Below, piece by piece: positions 41,431 through 51,602 of a stretch of 64,000 bases of DNA (the stretch's first letter is position 1; every line of letters begins with the position of its first letter). Both the position numbers and the translations under genes were made by a program. The notes beneath the pieces were generated by a model. It saw only the letters and a list, made by a program, of their open reading frames with translations. It was not told the origin of the DNA and did not search any database. This stretch comes from an uncultured bacterium. Lineage in GTDB: Bacteria; Patescibacteriota; Minisyncoccia; UBA6257; 2-01-FULL-56-20. The stretch spans positions 450,172 to 514,171 of the forward strand of contig OY970358.1 in the NCBI GenBank assembly GCA_963718575.1. The letters are read 5' to 3'.

Positions 41431-43200
41431 TCAGAAGGAAACCGGGGTCACCACCAGATTGAATTGGCAAAAATTTGGCGCAACGGTTCCGTCGTGCTGC
41501 CGCTCTTTGTAGACAACGACCGCATTGTAAGAACCCGGAGCGACGGTCGCCGCAGCAGTGACTCCGATCGTGTCCATTCCCGGACCTTCCGGAATGACCG
41601 TCGCAGATATGCCGGTCGGCAACGATCCGACCGAAGCATCATAGAGAAAAGGAGTTTTTACATTATGGACGGGAGAACTACCAGCGGACGAGGTGCTGTC
41701 GGCCGGCGGCGTCAGCGTGAGAAGGAATGATCCGCCGCCGCCCGCGGCGATCGATTCAGAAAACGGCGTGACGGAACATTCTTGTCCGGCAAAAGGATCG
41801 AACACCTGCTTGAAGGCCTGTACCGGCGGAAGTTCCGCGGGAGGAGGCGGTGCGGCGACCGCAGGCGCGGGTGTGACGTCCTCGGTGGTATCCGACGCGA
41901 CGACATCCGGCTGTGGTTGTGGCGCATCCGCATAACTCACCTCAACGCCCGCGGCATCAAGAAATATCTGCGGAGAACTCGACGCCCCAAGCCCGATGAA
42001 CGCGACCTGAAGATGCTCCAGCTCGGCCCAGGAATCTATTGGGATCGGATACCGCTCTTCCTGCCAGTTCGCGCTGTCGATATTCACCAGCGGCTGCCAT
42101 GTGACGCCGTCCGTCGAGTAGACGACCGAGAGCACCGCATCGCCCGTGCTCGACGGCACGGCGATATTTTGAAACGCCGCCGTATCCACGCTGATGGGCG
42201 CCGATTCCGGAATGCTGGAGGTTCCTACCTGTATATATGAGGTTCCCGTCGGCGTGTCGGACGAATCGTCGCCGGACGTGCTCGTGTCGATCGCCATCGA
42301 CGATGTTTCATCCGCGTATGCAACCCCCACGAGAGCGTGAAGCCATGACGTTGGCGAGGATGCGTCGGAATCCGACGGGTCGCTCACGGGAGCAGGGGCG
42401 GGGGGTTGAACATCGGTATCGTCCGTATTGTTATCCGAACTATTATCTGCTGGCGCACTTTGCGGGACGACGCTTGATGCATCCTCGGTCGGCGCGGGAG
42501 AAGCTTGCGTGGGCGGCGAACTCGAAGCATCGAAAGAGGTATCATCTGATGACGTTGATACGATCGGTACCGGGGCGATGGCGGAACTCGAGGCGTCGGA
42601 AGAAGTATCACTTGCCATGCTCGTACTCGCATCCGCGTCATCCGCAGCAGTTGATGATGCGCTGATAACATCGCCTCCTTCGTCCGAGGAGGAAACATCC
42701 TGAGTTGATGTCGTCACCGATGGGGATGTGGACGAAGATGAGGCAATCACGTCACTGCTACTACTGTCGACATCGCCACCATCATCACCGCCACCACCGC
42801 CGTCGCCCGATGTGATTATGCTCGTGGAAGCGTCTCCCGGAAATATGAACGCCCACGAGACCACAAGGTCGGCGCTCTGAAACGATTCTCCGGTAAGCGT
42901 ATTGATATCCGTATCGCCGGAAAAATTTCCGCAGAACATTTGCGCGGTGCTCGTTCCCATCACTGCGGAATTGAACGTGTTGAATGCCGATACGTCGGCC
43001 CCGGGAGGAAGGTCGGGCTTGCCGAGCGCGTTCTGGACATTCTCCCAATTTCCAAGGCACGATGACGGATAGAAATCCGCAGTGCTCGCAAATCCGACGA
43101 GGACGTACCGCGTCACGGCGCCGGCAACGAGCACCGCGAGCACGGCGACCAGCGCTATCTTATGCCGCCCCCAAAAACGCTTCATCCCCTCCGCGCTCAT
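41431..43200 (-). CDS. Membrane-anchored protein with long acidic Ser/Asp/Thr-rich linker and Ig-like end
   Basis: TM at HKIALVAVLAVLVAG; likely start 43200 (longer ORF overlaps upstream gene). Confidence 0.7.
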   Translation of the reverse strand: MSAEGMKRFWGRHKIALVAVLAVLVAGAVTRYVLVGFASTADFYPSSCLGNWENVQNALGKPDLPPGADVSAFNTFNSAVMGTSTAQMFCGNFSGDTDINTLTGESFQSADLVVSWAFIFPGDASTSIITSGDGGGGGDDGGDVDSSSSDVIASSSSTSPSVTTSTQDVSSSDEGGDVISASSTAADDADASTSMASDTSSDASSSAIAPVPIVSTSSDDTSFDASSSPPTQASPAPTEDASSVVPQSAPADNSSDNNTDDTDVQPPAPAPVSDPSDSDASSPTSWLHALVGVAYADETSSMAIDTSTSGDDSSDTPTGTSYIQVGTSSIPESAPISVDTAAFQNIAVPSSTGDAVLSVVYSTDGVTWQPLVNIDSANWQEERYPIPIDSWAELEHLQVAFIGLGASSSPQIFLDAAGVEVSYADAPQPQPDVVASDTTEDVTPAPAVAAPPPPAELPPVQAFKQVFDPFAGQECSVTPFSESIAAGGGGSFLLTLTPPADSTSSAGSSPVHNVKTPFLYDASVGSLPTGISATVIPEGPGMDTIGVTAAATVAPGSYNAVVVYKERQHDGTVAPNFCQFNLVVTPVSF

Positions 43201-43291
43201 CTCGATCTTCCACGCTTCCTTTTTTTTCAGTACGAGCGTGTGCGGTTCCGTCCCCGGCCTAAAGTCACTCGTCTTTCTTTCCGGCGCACGC

Positions 43292-45115
43292 TTATTCTTC
43301 ATTGAGAGCCTTATCCACATCTTCAATCTCTTTCTGAATGGTGGTCTCCGAAATGACGAGCGCGTTGCGTACCGCATCAAGCACGTTCTCCGGCTCAAGC
43401 TTTGCCTCCCCTTGCGCCTGCGCCGCCCCGCCTTCCATATGGCTGATCTTCTCATCCACCTCTTCGCGCAACGCTTCGAACACCACCTTGGTCCTTTCCC
43501 GCGCCTCATCGTTCTCGCGTTTCGCAAGCTGGAGCTGTAGGGTGTGGATTTTTTTCTTATAGAAGCCATAGGTGGCCATGCCGCTGATACATGCCAGCAA
43601 AAGGATGATCAGTATCCATCCAAACCGGTCGAGGAACGGCGCCGAGATGACATCAATGGAATATTTGTCGGTGGACGATGCGACCGCCCCCTGCGTCGTC
43701 ACCATAGTGGCGACGAGCGCATATTTTCCATCCGAGAGTCCGCCCTCCACCGCATACAACCAGTGTCCCGTCTGGTCGGCCACCATTTTCCCCTCAGAGA
43801 CCGTCTTCCCGTCGCTGTCATTGATATCCACGGTAACATTCGCGCCGCTATCGGCAGTGCCTTCGAGCACGATCGGCGAATGCTCAATCACTGTTTCCGG
43901 GAAATTCGTGATCTCCGGCATCCCCACGCCCGAGATGGAGAACTGGACGTTTTCGCTGGTATAATTCCCCGCCTTATCGAACGCCGATATCTGTACGATG
44001 TGATCTCCCGGAAGGAGCGGCGGAGCGGTGTACACCCCATTCTGCAGATCAGAAAGCGCGACGGTCGAGGAATTCACGCCGTCGAACGTTGCAACATAAT
44101 GATCGATGCCGGAGACGGTGTCGGTCGCGTTGAACATAAGGTTGGTCCGTCCGCTGATGCCCTCTCCCGGAGCGGCGGTCACCGTGAATGGCAATGGCGC
44201 CGAGGTGTCGATATTGACCTGGAAGTTCACCGGGTCGCTCCAGTCGCCGACGGAATCTTCGAACCGAGCATGGAAGTACCACGTGCCGTCGGCTACGTTT
44301 GAATATTGTTTCGAGGACAACAGGCCTGCCGATGTCCGCTTCGGATACGTATCGGGGTTCTGGTCGAATGCGACGCTTACCCCGGCGACATCCGGCGTGA
44401 GCGTCCATGTGAAGCTCGGGCTGTTGTTGTTATACCATTGCGTGGGGTCGGGATCCGTCGGGGACGAGATGGTGATCGTCACCGTGTACGGAGTTTGTGA
44501 TGAGGTATCGGCGGATGCCTGAGACTGCGCCGCGCTATTGTCCGCAGAGGCCGCAGGGGGATTCACTGCGGGAGCGGAAGCCGCCGCTCCGCCGATCGTA
44601 AAGGTCGCCCCGGTATTACTGCCGAGCACATTCGTCCCCTGCCCGTCCGCCGCAAGCACGGACGCGGAAGAGAATTTTATCGACGTCGATCCCGCGCTCA
44701 ATGCTTGAAATGTCACATCAACGACATCCCCAGCACTGCCCGTATACGCGTTATTGCTGCCGCCACTATAATCGACGGTTCCCGCAGTGTTCGAGAATGA
44801 AGGATTGCTGGTCCAAAGATTGAAAACTGAATTGTCCTTCGAAACGCTTTGCACGGCGAGCATCGTCGGATCAAAGCTCAACTCCCCGTCCGCGGCATTC
44901 ACTCCCACTCCTCCGCCGCTGTTCACCATCACGCTTACCGTGAACGTTCCGCCCGTGGCATAGGAACCGCTTGCGGGAGAAAGAGAAAGGCTCGCGCCCC
45001 CCGTCGACTGGGCGCGAACGATCGGGATGATCCCCGCGCTAACCGCAAGACAGCCGAGCGCGAAAACGAAGAGTGCCCGGCAGACAGCGACCGTTCGATG
45101 ATGGTGCTTTCTCAT
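43292..45115 (-). CDS. Cohesin-domain protein with Ig-like domains, TM and cytoplasmic coiled coil
   Basis: LSLSPASG...GGTFTVSV.VNS..VNAADGELSFDP..L.V..W..P..G.V.YSGG; DTVSGIDHY. Confidence 0.8.
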   Translation of the reverse strand: MRKHHHRTVAVCRALFVFALGCLAVSAGIIPIVRAQSTGGASLSLSPASGSYATGGTFTVSVMVNSGGGVGVNAADGELSFDPTMLAVQSVSKDNSVFNLWTSNPSFSNTAGTVDYSGGSNNAYTGSAGDVVDVTFQALSAGSTSIKFSSASVLAADGQGTNVLGSNTGATFTIGGAAASAPAVNPPAASADNSAAQSQASADTSSQTPYTVTITISSPTDPDPTQWYNNNSPSFTWTLTPDVAGVSVAFDQNPDTYPKRTSAGLLSSKQYSNVADGTWYFHARFEDSVGDWSDPVNFQVNIDTSAPLPFTVTAAPGEGISGRTNLMFNATDTVSGIDHYVATFDGVNSSTVALSDLQNGVYTAPPLLPGDHIVQISAFDKAGNYTSENVQFSISGVGMPEITNFPETVIEHSPIVLEGTADSGANVTVDINDSDGKTVSEGKMVADQTGHWLYAVEGGLSDGKYALVATMVTTQGAVASSTDKYSIDVISAPFLDRFGWILIILLLACISGMATYGFYKKKIHTLQLQLAKRENDEARERTKVVFEALREEVDEKISHMEGGAAQAQGEAKLEPENVLDAVRNALVISETTIQKEIEDVDKALNEE

Positions 45116-45687
45116 TTCTTATTTTCATCCTGTCGGACCTCCTGAACGATAAGTTTCTTGCCCACTCCCGGATGTTTTGCCGGGAGGGTCACCACAAGAA
45201 CGCCGTTCCCGAGGGTCGCCGTGGCGGCACCGCCGTCGAACGATGCGGGAAGATATATCTTACGATACAGCGCTTTCCATTTTATCTCCTGCTTCACGTA
45301 TATTCCTTTTTCCGGAGGATTGCCGTCCTTCGGAACGGCAATCGCGGGAAGTTCCGGCCTCTTTTGGGTCGCCTCAACGACGAGCGTGTTTGATTCCTCG
45401 CTGATCGTTATATCAAAACCGCCGGCGGGAATCCCGCTCGCCTTCAGAAAAACGACCATCCGCGAATCGGATTGAAAAAGATCCACATCGATCGGATCCG
45501 TGCCATCGGGCGCCTTCTCCACCGCCGGCGTCATCACCTGCGCGGGATCATCCTTTTTTATGGAAACAGCCTTGTTGCCGGTGGCGGTATAGGTAACGCT
45601 CTTTGGCGGAGCGACCGCCTTCTCGTCCCCTCCGGCATCATCGTCACCCTGAAGCCTCATCGACAATTTTTCATAAAAGGAACTCAT
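45112..45687 (-). CDS. Hsp20/alpha-crystallin family protein
   Basis: IDVDLFQ, QEIKW..LYRKIYLP, A.LGNGVLVVTLP. Confidence 0.8.
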   Translation of the reverse strand: MSSFYEKLSMRLQGDDDAGGDEKAVAPPKSVTYTATGNKAVSIKKDDPAQVMTPAVEKAPDGTDPIDVDLFQSDSRMVVFLKASGIPAGGFDITISEESNTLVVEATQKRPELPAIAVPKDGNPPEKGIYVKQEIKWKALYRKIYLPASFDGGAATATLGNGVLVVTLPAKHPGVGKKLIVQEVRQDENKK

Positions 45688-45738
45688 GCGTATTATATAA
45701 GTCAGTATACCAAATCGAACTCGCCGTTTCCATGAAAA

Positions 45739-47451
45739 TTATCCCGTCCAGTGCGCAAGCATGATGCTCAAATCCGGAAGGTCGACTTTCCCATCGCCGT
45801 TCAGGTCCGCGGGAGCATAATCGGTGCCCCAGTGCGCAAGCATGATGGAAAAATCAACGAGGTTCACCTTTCCGTCGCCATTCAGATCCCCGATCTTCAG
45901 ATTTGCCGCCGCCTCTCCCACTCCGAGAAACGAAGGAGAGGAAAAACTGCTCTCGGCAAGCGACTGCACCAACGAGCGGGCCTTCACTTGATAGGTTCCC
46001 ATCGGAAGTCCGACGGTGGAAAGAGGATATGACCAGACGCCGTTCGGATCCGCGGTCGTCGTCGCCTCGAGCGGAACTCCTCCGTTCGCCTGACTCGTCA
46101 CGAGGATGTCAACCGTGGACGAAGGCTCGCCAAGCCCCGATACAAAGAATGGCTTCCCGAGCGCGACCGTGCTTGTGACAAAGCCGATCGAAGGAGGAAG
46201 AACGACGCCGGTAATATTGTTCGTTGTCCCCGAGATCAAGGTTATCGTCGTGGTGTAAAAAGAGATCGGGGTGGGGCTGCCGTCCGTCACCTCTATCGTA
46301 AATGAATAGGTTCCCTGCGGCAGCGAAGGGATGCTGACGGAAAAATTTCCATAGCTATCCGTCGATGCCGTGGTCGGAATCTGCGACCCGTCCTGAAGTA
46401 CGGCAATGGTCGCGTCGGGCATAGCGATCCCGCTGATCACAAGAGAGGGCGATGGCGGCAACGCCGCGTACGGCGCTCCACCCCCCCCGCCTCCTCCGCC
46501 GCTACTGCCGGACCCGGGAGCTCCTCCCCCGGTCCCTGTTCCCGTCGGGTTGCCGGCGTAAAAAGATATTATGTAATCCGTCGTGTTTTTATTGCCGGCA
46601 TAATCACTGCAACGCGCATAGAAGGTGTACGTGTTTCCCAAGACGATATTCCCGACAATGAACGTATGGAACAAGTCGGATGACTGGTCATCGGTAACAC
46701 CGGCCATCGCATCGTAAGAAACACCGGAGGACGTCGCATATCTACAGGTGGCATATATATTCGTATCAAAGGAGACGAGAACATTTCCGGCGTTGGAAGG
46801 AATCGTGCCCGACGGGAGGCCGTCCGAAAGCACCGGCACGCTTCCATTCGTATTCGCATCGACACCGACCGCCGGAATGATCGCCACCATCGCCGCTCCA
46901 TAGTCGAGCGGAGCGCTCATCGCAGTATAGGTATCGATGAATATCCGGTACGATGCCGGCGCGGAGGGATTGGTGATCTGATAGACGCCGGCCGGAGCGT
47001 TGGTGCCGAGCAAGACGCGCACATACGATCCTGCCGGGATGCCCGAGCCGGACGAGAGCGTGATCGTGATCGGACCCGTCACCGGCGACACCGCGACGCC
47101 GTCATCCGTCCCGTCGGGAATCGCCGCGAGCGTACGTTCGGTGGCGTCGGAAAGAGAGGAGCTTGTCGAAACGGCGAGATCCATATCGGTATAACTGAAA
47201 AGCGGGTCGATGGAGAAGGGGGTGTTCTCAAAAGAGATGACGATCTGTCCCGATGCCGGGATGCCGCTCGTCGTCCTGAAAACGATCGCGTGATTGACTG
47301 AGACCGACGGGCGGGAATCGCTTATCGTATCGCTTACATAGCTCAATTGTGTTTGCGCCTGCGCGGCGCGCGCGACCGGCATCCAAGCAAAAGAAAAAGC
47401 AGCCAAAAACAATAAGGCTGCACTCATGATATAAATGGATCGATGCCTCAC
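45739..47451 (-). CDS. Secreted multi-Ig protein with C-terminal dockerin
   Basis: VSDTISDSRP..NH.I.F N-domain shared with 49081/50406 subunits; GDLNGDGKVNLVDFSIML.HW...ADLNGDGKVDLPDLSIML; start uncertain (GTG 47451 or ATG 47427). Confidence 0.82.
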   Translation of the reverse strand: MRHRSIYIMSAALLFLAAFSFAWMPVARAAQAQTQLSYVSDTISDSRPSVSVNHAIVFRTTSGIPASGQIVISFENTPFSIDPLFSYTDMDLAVSTSSSLSDATERTLAAIPDGTDDGVAVSPVTGPITITLSSGSGIPAGSYVRVLLGTNAPAGVYQITNPSAPASYRIFIDTYTAMSAPLDYGAAMVAIIPAVGVDANTNGSVPVLSDGLPSGTIPSNAGNVLVSFDTNIYATCRYATSSGVSYDAMAGVTDDQSSDLFHTFIVGNIVLGNTYTFYARCSDYAGNKNTTDYIISFYAGNPTGTGTGGGAPGSGSSGGGGGGGGAPYAALPPSPSLVISGIAMPDATIAVLQDGSQIPTTASTDSYGNFSVSIPSLPQGTYSFTIEVTDGSPTPISFYTTTITLISGTTNNITGVVLPPSIGFVTSTVALGKPFFVSGLGEPSSTVDILVTSQANGGVPLEATTTADPNGVWSYPLSTVGLPMGTYQVKARSLVQSLAESSFSSPSFLGVGEAAANLKIGDLNGDGKVNLVDFSIMLAHWGTDYAPADLNGDGKVDLPDLSIMLAHWTG

Positions 47452-47479
47452 CCCTCTATTATATAGGATAGAGAAAAAA

Positions 47480-47860
47480 TTATTCTTCCGGAGGACCCTT
47501 CGGAGTGCGGCGGAAATATTGCCACTCGAAGTAGAAGTTGAGAAAAACAAGGATACCGATGATGGCGATCGCAATGGCAAGATACCAGATCACGGGAGAC
47601 TCCGCAGCGGTAGCCGCCCCGGTGCTGCTCGCGAACGCCGCCTCGCGCGCGGCGAGATCCGCCGCCTGCTGGTTCAGCTCGGTCTGTTGCTGTTGCAATT
47701 GCTCGTTCAGCGTATTGTAAGGGTTCGGCGCGATGCCGACCGCAATGCCGATTTGTGCCAACAACCTCGAAGGAGCCGCCACCCTTCCGCCGGAAAAAAG
47801 GAGGAGGGATGAAATGGCTCCGAGAAGCATTATCAGAAACCAGACCGTCCGTTTATTCAT
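47480..47860 (-). CDS. Small two-TM coiled-coil protein
   Basis: PNPYNTL..QL, flanking TMs; in operon. Confidence 0.7.
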   Translation of the reverse strand: MNKRTVWFLIMLLGAISSLLLFSGGRVAAPSRLLAQIGIAVGIAPNPYNTLNEQLQQQQTELNQQAADLAAREAAFASSTGAATAAESPVIWYLAIAIAIIGILVFLNFYFEWQYFRRTPKGPPEE

Positions 47861-47867
47861 GCGGCCT

Positions 47868-48992
47868 CTATCCAAAGAAGAACAAGAGGATGAGAAGGAA
47901 GACGAGGGCGAACACCGCCGTCGCGATCACAATAAAGACAAGCCGTGAGAGCGGGAGTCCTCCGCCCGAAAGCAATTTTTCCTCTTCTGATGCGGAAGAA
48001 CGAACTTCTTTGCCGGATTCGCCGATCATGGCACTCACGCGCTTGCGAACGTACGCCTTGACCGCCCAGACGAATATCAGGATGAAGAAAATGATGCTTC
48101 CGAGTACGGCGGCGATCGGAACGACCGGGATGACCCAGAACGTCGCCGATGCGGAAACGGTTTTGTTCTCCGTATCTCCATAATTCAATGTGGTGATGGC
48201 AGTGAATTGCCCGAACGCAAAACCATTGCCTCCCCACGATGCAGTGAATGATCGCTGGGTGCCGGGGAATATTGAGGCTGCCTGATCGTTTACGATCACC
48301 GTCCCCACCTTCTGACCGAACATATTAGTGATATCAATCGGGCCGCGCGGCTGGATCAGTACGTTGCCTTCGTTCGCGATCGATGCGGTAAACGTGACGC
48401 TCGGCGTCTGATAGAGCGATTTGTCGGTCGAGAACTCCTTGATCTCCGCCTGTTCCGTGGCATTACCCGCAATGCGAAGCTCGATGAGCGCGCCAACATT
48501 ATATCCAAGCCCCGATCCGTTGGATGTCGGCCTACTCGCGCCGGACGAAATGAAGATCGCGCCGTAATGTCCTCCGGGTCCGGCGTTCTTCGGAACCGTG
48601 ATCGTGAAAGGGACGGTGACGTTGCCTCCTGCCGGAATCGATATCTCCGTCTCGCCGAGCGAGACCCACGAGCTCAGGCCGTATTCCGGAACTGAAGAAG
48701 TGGTGAAGATCGGTTCGCCGGATCCCTGCATTCCCGAGATATCCTGGACGCCGACCGAGAATTGATGGGCAACGGTATCCGGATTGCTGATGGTTATCGA
48801 GGTCGAAAACTGATCGCCGGGGTTCACGGTCTGCTCAAAAAGGGCGGGCGCCACTTTTATGTTCAGTCCGATTCCGGCAGTCTGCGCGCGAGAAACACCC
48901 CCGAAAAGGACAACTCCCGCCAAGAGAACAAAGCCGGCTCCGGCCGCTAAAGCGATTCGACGCCCCACCCCCCTTTTTGATGTATCCATCAT
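47868..48992 (-). CDS. DUF916/DUF3324-like protein, C-terminal TMs
   Basis: P...E....PG, LSSW, VPFTITVPKNAGPGGHYGAI, NEGNV...P.G. Confidence 0.75.
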   Translation of the reverse strand: MMDTSKRGVGRRIALAAGAGFVLLAGVVLFGGVSRAQTAGIGLNIKVAPALFEQTVNPGDQFSTSITISNPDTVAHQFSVGVQDISGMQGSGEPIFTTSSVPEYGLSSWVSLGETEISIPAGGNVTVPFTITVPKNAGPGGHYGAIFISSGASRPTSNGSGLGYNVGALIELRIAGNATEQAEIKEFSTDKSLYQTPSVTFTASIANEGNVLIQPRGPIDITNMFGQKVGTVIVNDQAASIFPGTQRSFTASWGGNGFAFGQFTAITTLNYGDTENKTVSASATFWVIPVVPIAAVLGSIIFFILIFVWAVKAYVRKRVSAMIGESGKEVRSSASEEEKLLSGGGLPLSRLVFIVIATAVFALVFLLILLFFFG

Positions 48993-49080
48993 TGTTTCGG
49001 CCTGGTTAATAGTTTGAGTCTAGCATATCAGTGCCACCCCGCAAATATCATTTTTCAAGAAGGACGTCCGAGATAATTCC

Positions 49081-50220
49081 CTAGAAGATCGGCGTCGCCA
49101 CGTAAATCTGGTTGTTCACGTAGTCGTTCGCGGCTGCCTGCAGAGGACCGATCTCGATGCGCGTCGTTACCTTCGCGGCGCCAACGTTCTGCGTTGTTCC
49201 ATCCGCAGGGCCAGTCCATCCGAAGACGATGAGCGTGGAGGTCGGATTGAAGCTTCCCGCATAGAGCGGAGTGCTGCTTCCAAAGAACGGACCTCCCACT
49301 GCCGTACTGCTCGTATCGTCGCTCGTGATGCCGACATGTCCGTAGGTATTCGGATTGTTGATGACATTCGTAGGCGATGTCCACGGGGAAGGCGTTGATG
49401 TCGCGTTGGCATTGGAAAACAAGTGGATGATATTGCCTTTGTTGCTCGTAAGATCCTGATCCTCATGCACGGTGACGGCAAATCCGTTCGACGCATTCGT
49501 CGTCACGTTGAGCTGAAGGCCCAATTCGTTATGGGTGGCCGGGGCGATCGTGCCGAACGGAAGGCTTGAGGAGGTATCCGTGCCGGTCGTCGTTGCATTA
49601 TTCCCAAGCGTGGTAGAGGTCGAGAGCGGAGAGATCGTAAAGGTGAAGGTGGTCGCAATGGCGGCGGTGACGTTGACGCCGTTTATGATAGCAATTCTCG
49701 TATCCGCCGAGCTCGGCTGTGTGCCTCCGATGCGGATGATGTATGAACCGGTGCTCGTCGGGTTCGTGATCGTATTGCCCAGGATCTTGAGGGATATCGT
49801 CCCCGAAGCGATCGTGTTGCTCGGGCAAACGGTAAAGGTGAGCACATTATATGAGGTCGTCGCCATCTGAACATTGTTTCCGCTGCCGGGGCAGGTCGAT
49901 GTGGCGATCGTCATCCCCGTCGAGGTCACGTTGGCGATCGAGGTTGAAGTGACACTGCCGAATGCGCTCGTATTGGGATCGAACGTGTACGTGATGCTCT
50001 GACCGGCGGTCGTCGATGAAGGGTTAGTGAACACGATCGTGTGGTTCGCGGGATATCCCGGACGGGCATCGCTCAGCGTATCGCTTACATTCGTCAAACT
50101 TGCCGCGTGAGCAAGCTGAAGGATGCGGAATCCGACCGTCCATGCGAGGAGGCTTATGACCAACCCGATGGTGATTGCGACTATAATATCTTTTTTTACT
50201 ATCTGATGTTCGGTAAACAT
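49081..50220 (-). CDS. Putative major surface subunit, WxL-like, paralog 2
   Basis: Signal peptide AHA; LPFGTI.P, VTTNASNGF.VT, NDY.N..IYVATPIF. Confidence 0.75.
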   Translation of the reverse strand: MFTEHQIVKKDIIVAITIGLVISLLAWTVGFRILQLAHAASLTNVSDTLSDARPGYPANHTIVFTNPSSTTAGQSITYTFDPNTSAFGSVTSTSIANVTSTGMTIATSTCPGSGNNVQMATTSYNVLTFTVCPSNTIASGTISLKILGNTITNPTSTGSYIIRIGGTQPSSADTRIAIINGVNVTAAIATTFTFTISPLSTSTTLGNNATTTGTDTSSSLPFGTIAPATHNELGLQLNVTTNASNGFAVTVHEDQDLTSNKGNIIHLFSNANATSTPSPWTSPTNVINNPNTYGHVGITSDDTSSTAVGGPFFGSSTPLYAGSFNPTSTLIVFGWTGPADGTTQNVGAAKVTTRIEIGPLQAAANDYVNNQIYVATPIF

Positions 50221-50405
50221 TTATCTAATCTGAGTTATTTATTTGTAGGCAACTAAAAGTATGGCGACCTTTTTAATTAATTTTTATTATTTGGAAATCA
50301 TTATGATTTCTCGTTGAAATAATTGTACCATAACAAGTTGTAAACATTTCAAGGCCACTTATCCACAGGCAGTCAAGAGAACCGTCCACAGGATAGTTCG
50401 GATTA

Positions 50406-51536
50406 CTAGAACACCGGCGTCGCCACGTAAATGAGATTGTTCTGATAGTCGTTCGCGGCTGCCTGCAGAGGACCGATCTCGATGCGCACCGCTACTTTCG
50501 CGGCGCCAACGTTCTGCGTTACGCCATCCGCCGGACCGTTCCATCCAAACACCATCAGTGTCGATGTCGGATTGAAGCTTCCCGCATAGAGCGGAGTGCT
50601 GGTGCCGAAATTCTTTCCTCCGACAAGCGTACTGCTCGTATCGTCGCTCGTGATGCCGACATGTCCGTAGGTATTCGGATTGTTGATGACATTCGTAGGC
50701 GATGTCCACGGGGAAGGCGTTGATGTCGCGTTGGCATTGGAAAACAAGTGGATGATATTGCCTTTGTTGCTCGTAAGATCCTGATCCTCATGCACGGTGA
50801 CGGCAAATCCGTTCGACGCATTCGTCGTCACGTTGAGCTGAAGGCCCAATTCGTTATGGGTGGCCGGGGCGATCGTGCCGAACGGAAGGCTTGAGGAGGT
50901 ATCCGTGCCGGTCGTCGTTGCATTATTCCCAAGCGTGGTAGAGGTCGAGAGCGGAGAGATCGTAAAGGTGAAGGTGGTCGCAATGGCGGCGGTGACGTTG
51001 ACGCCGTTTAATATCACCACGCGGGTGTCAGCGGAATTTGCCTGCGTGCCTCCGATGCGGATGATGTATGAACCGGTGCTCGTCGGGTTCGTGATCGTAT
51101 TGCCCAGGATCTTGAGGGATATCGTCCCCGAAGAGATCGTGTTGCACGCGGTAAAGGTGAGCACATTATATGAGGTCGTCGCCATGGAAGCGGTGTTGAT
51201 CGCTCCTGCACAGGTTGCGACGACGGACATGCCGGTCGATGTGACGTTCGCGAGAACGGTTGAAGTGACACTGCCGAATGCGCTCGTATTGGGATCGAAC
51301 GTGTACGTGATGCTCTGACCGGCGGTCGTCGATGAAGGGTTAGTGAACACGATCGTGTGGTTCGCGGGATATCCCGGACGGGCATCGCTCAGCGTATCGC
51401 TTACATTCGTCAAACTTGCCGCGTGAGCAAGCTGAAGGATGCGGAATCCGACCGTCCATGCGAGGAGGCTTATGACCAACCCGATGGTGAGCGAGGCAGC
51501 GAGATCTTTTCTAAATGTCCTGTACTGAGAAAACAT
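50406..51536 (-). CDS. Putative major surface subunit, WxL-like, paralog 1
   Basis: Near-identical to 49081..50220. Confidence 0.75.
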   Translation of the reverse strand: MFSQYRTFRKDLAASLTIGLVISLLAWTVGFRILQLAHAASLTNVSDTLSDARPGYPANHTIVFTNPSSTTAGQSITYTFDPNTSAFGSVTSTVLANVTSTGMSVVATCAGAINTASMATTSYNVLTFTACNTISSGTISLKILGNTITNPTSTGSYIIRIGGTQANSADTRVVILNGVNVTAAIATTFTFTISPLSTSTTLGNNATTTGTDTSSSLPFGTIAPATHNELGLQLNVTTNASNGFAVTVHEDQDLTSNKGNIIHLFSNANATSTPSPWTSPTNVINNPNTYGHVGITSDDTSSTLVGGKNFGTSTPLYAGSFNPTSTLMVFGWNGPADGVTQNVGAAKVAVRIEIGPLQAAANDYQNNLIYVATPVF

Positions 51537-51602
51537 TTTTTTGATTTTTATCGAGAGCCTCCTTGTAAGAGTATTTTAAAACGGACCATCTGGTTTTGTA
51601 AA

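Noticed and set aside
43201-43569. N-terminal extension of the 712-aa ORF
   Set aside because: Overlaps the cohesin gene out of frame; TM-proximal start at 43200 is more plausible
49081-51536. Diversity-generating retroelement TR/VR
   Set aside because: Both copies are full genes, differences are not adenine-specific, and there is no reverse transcriptase
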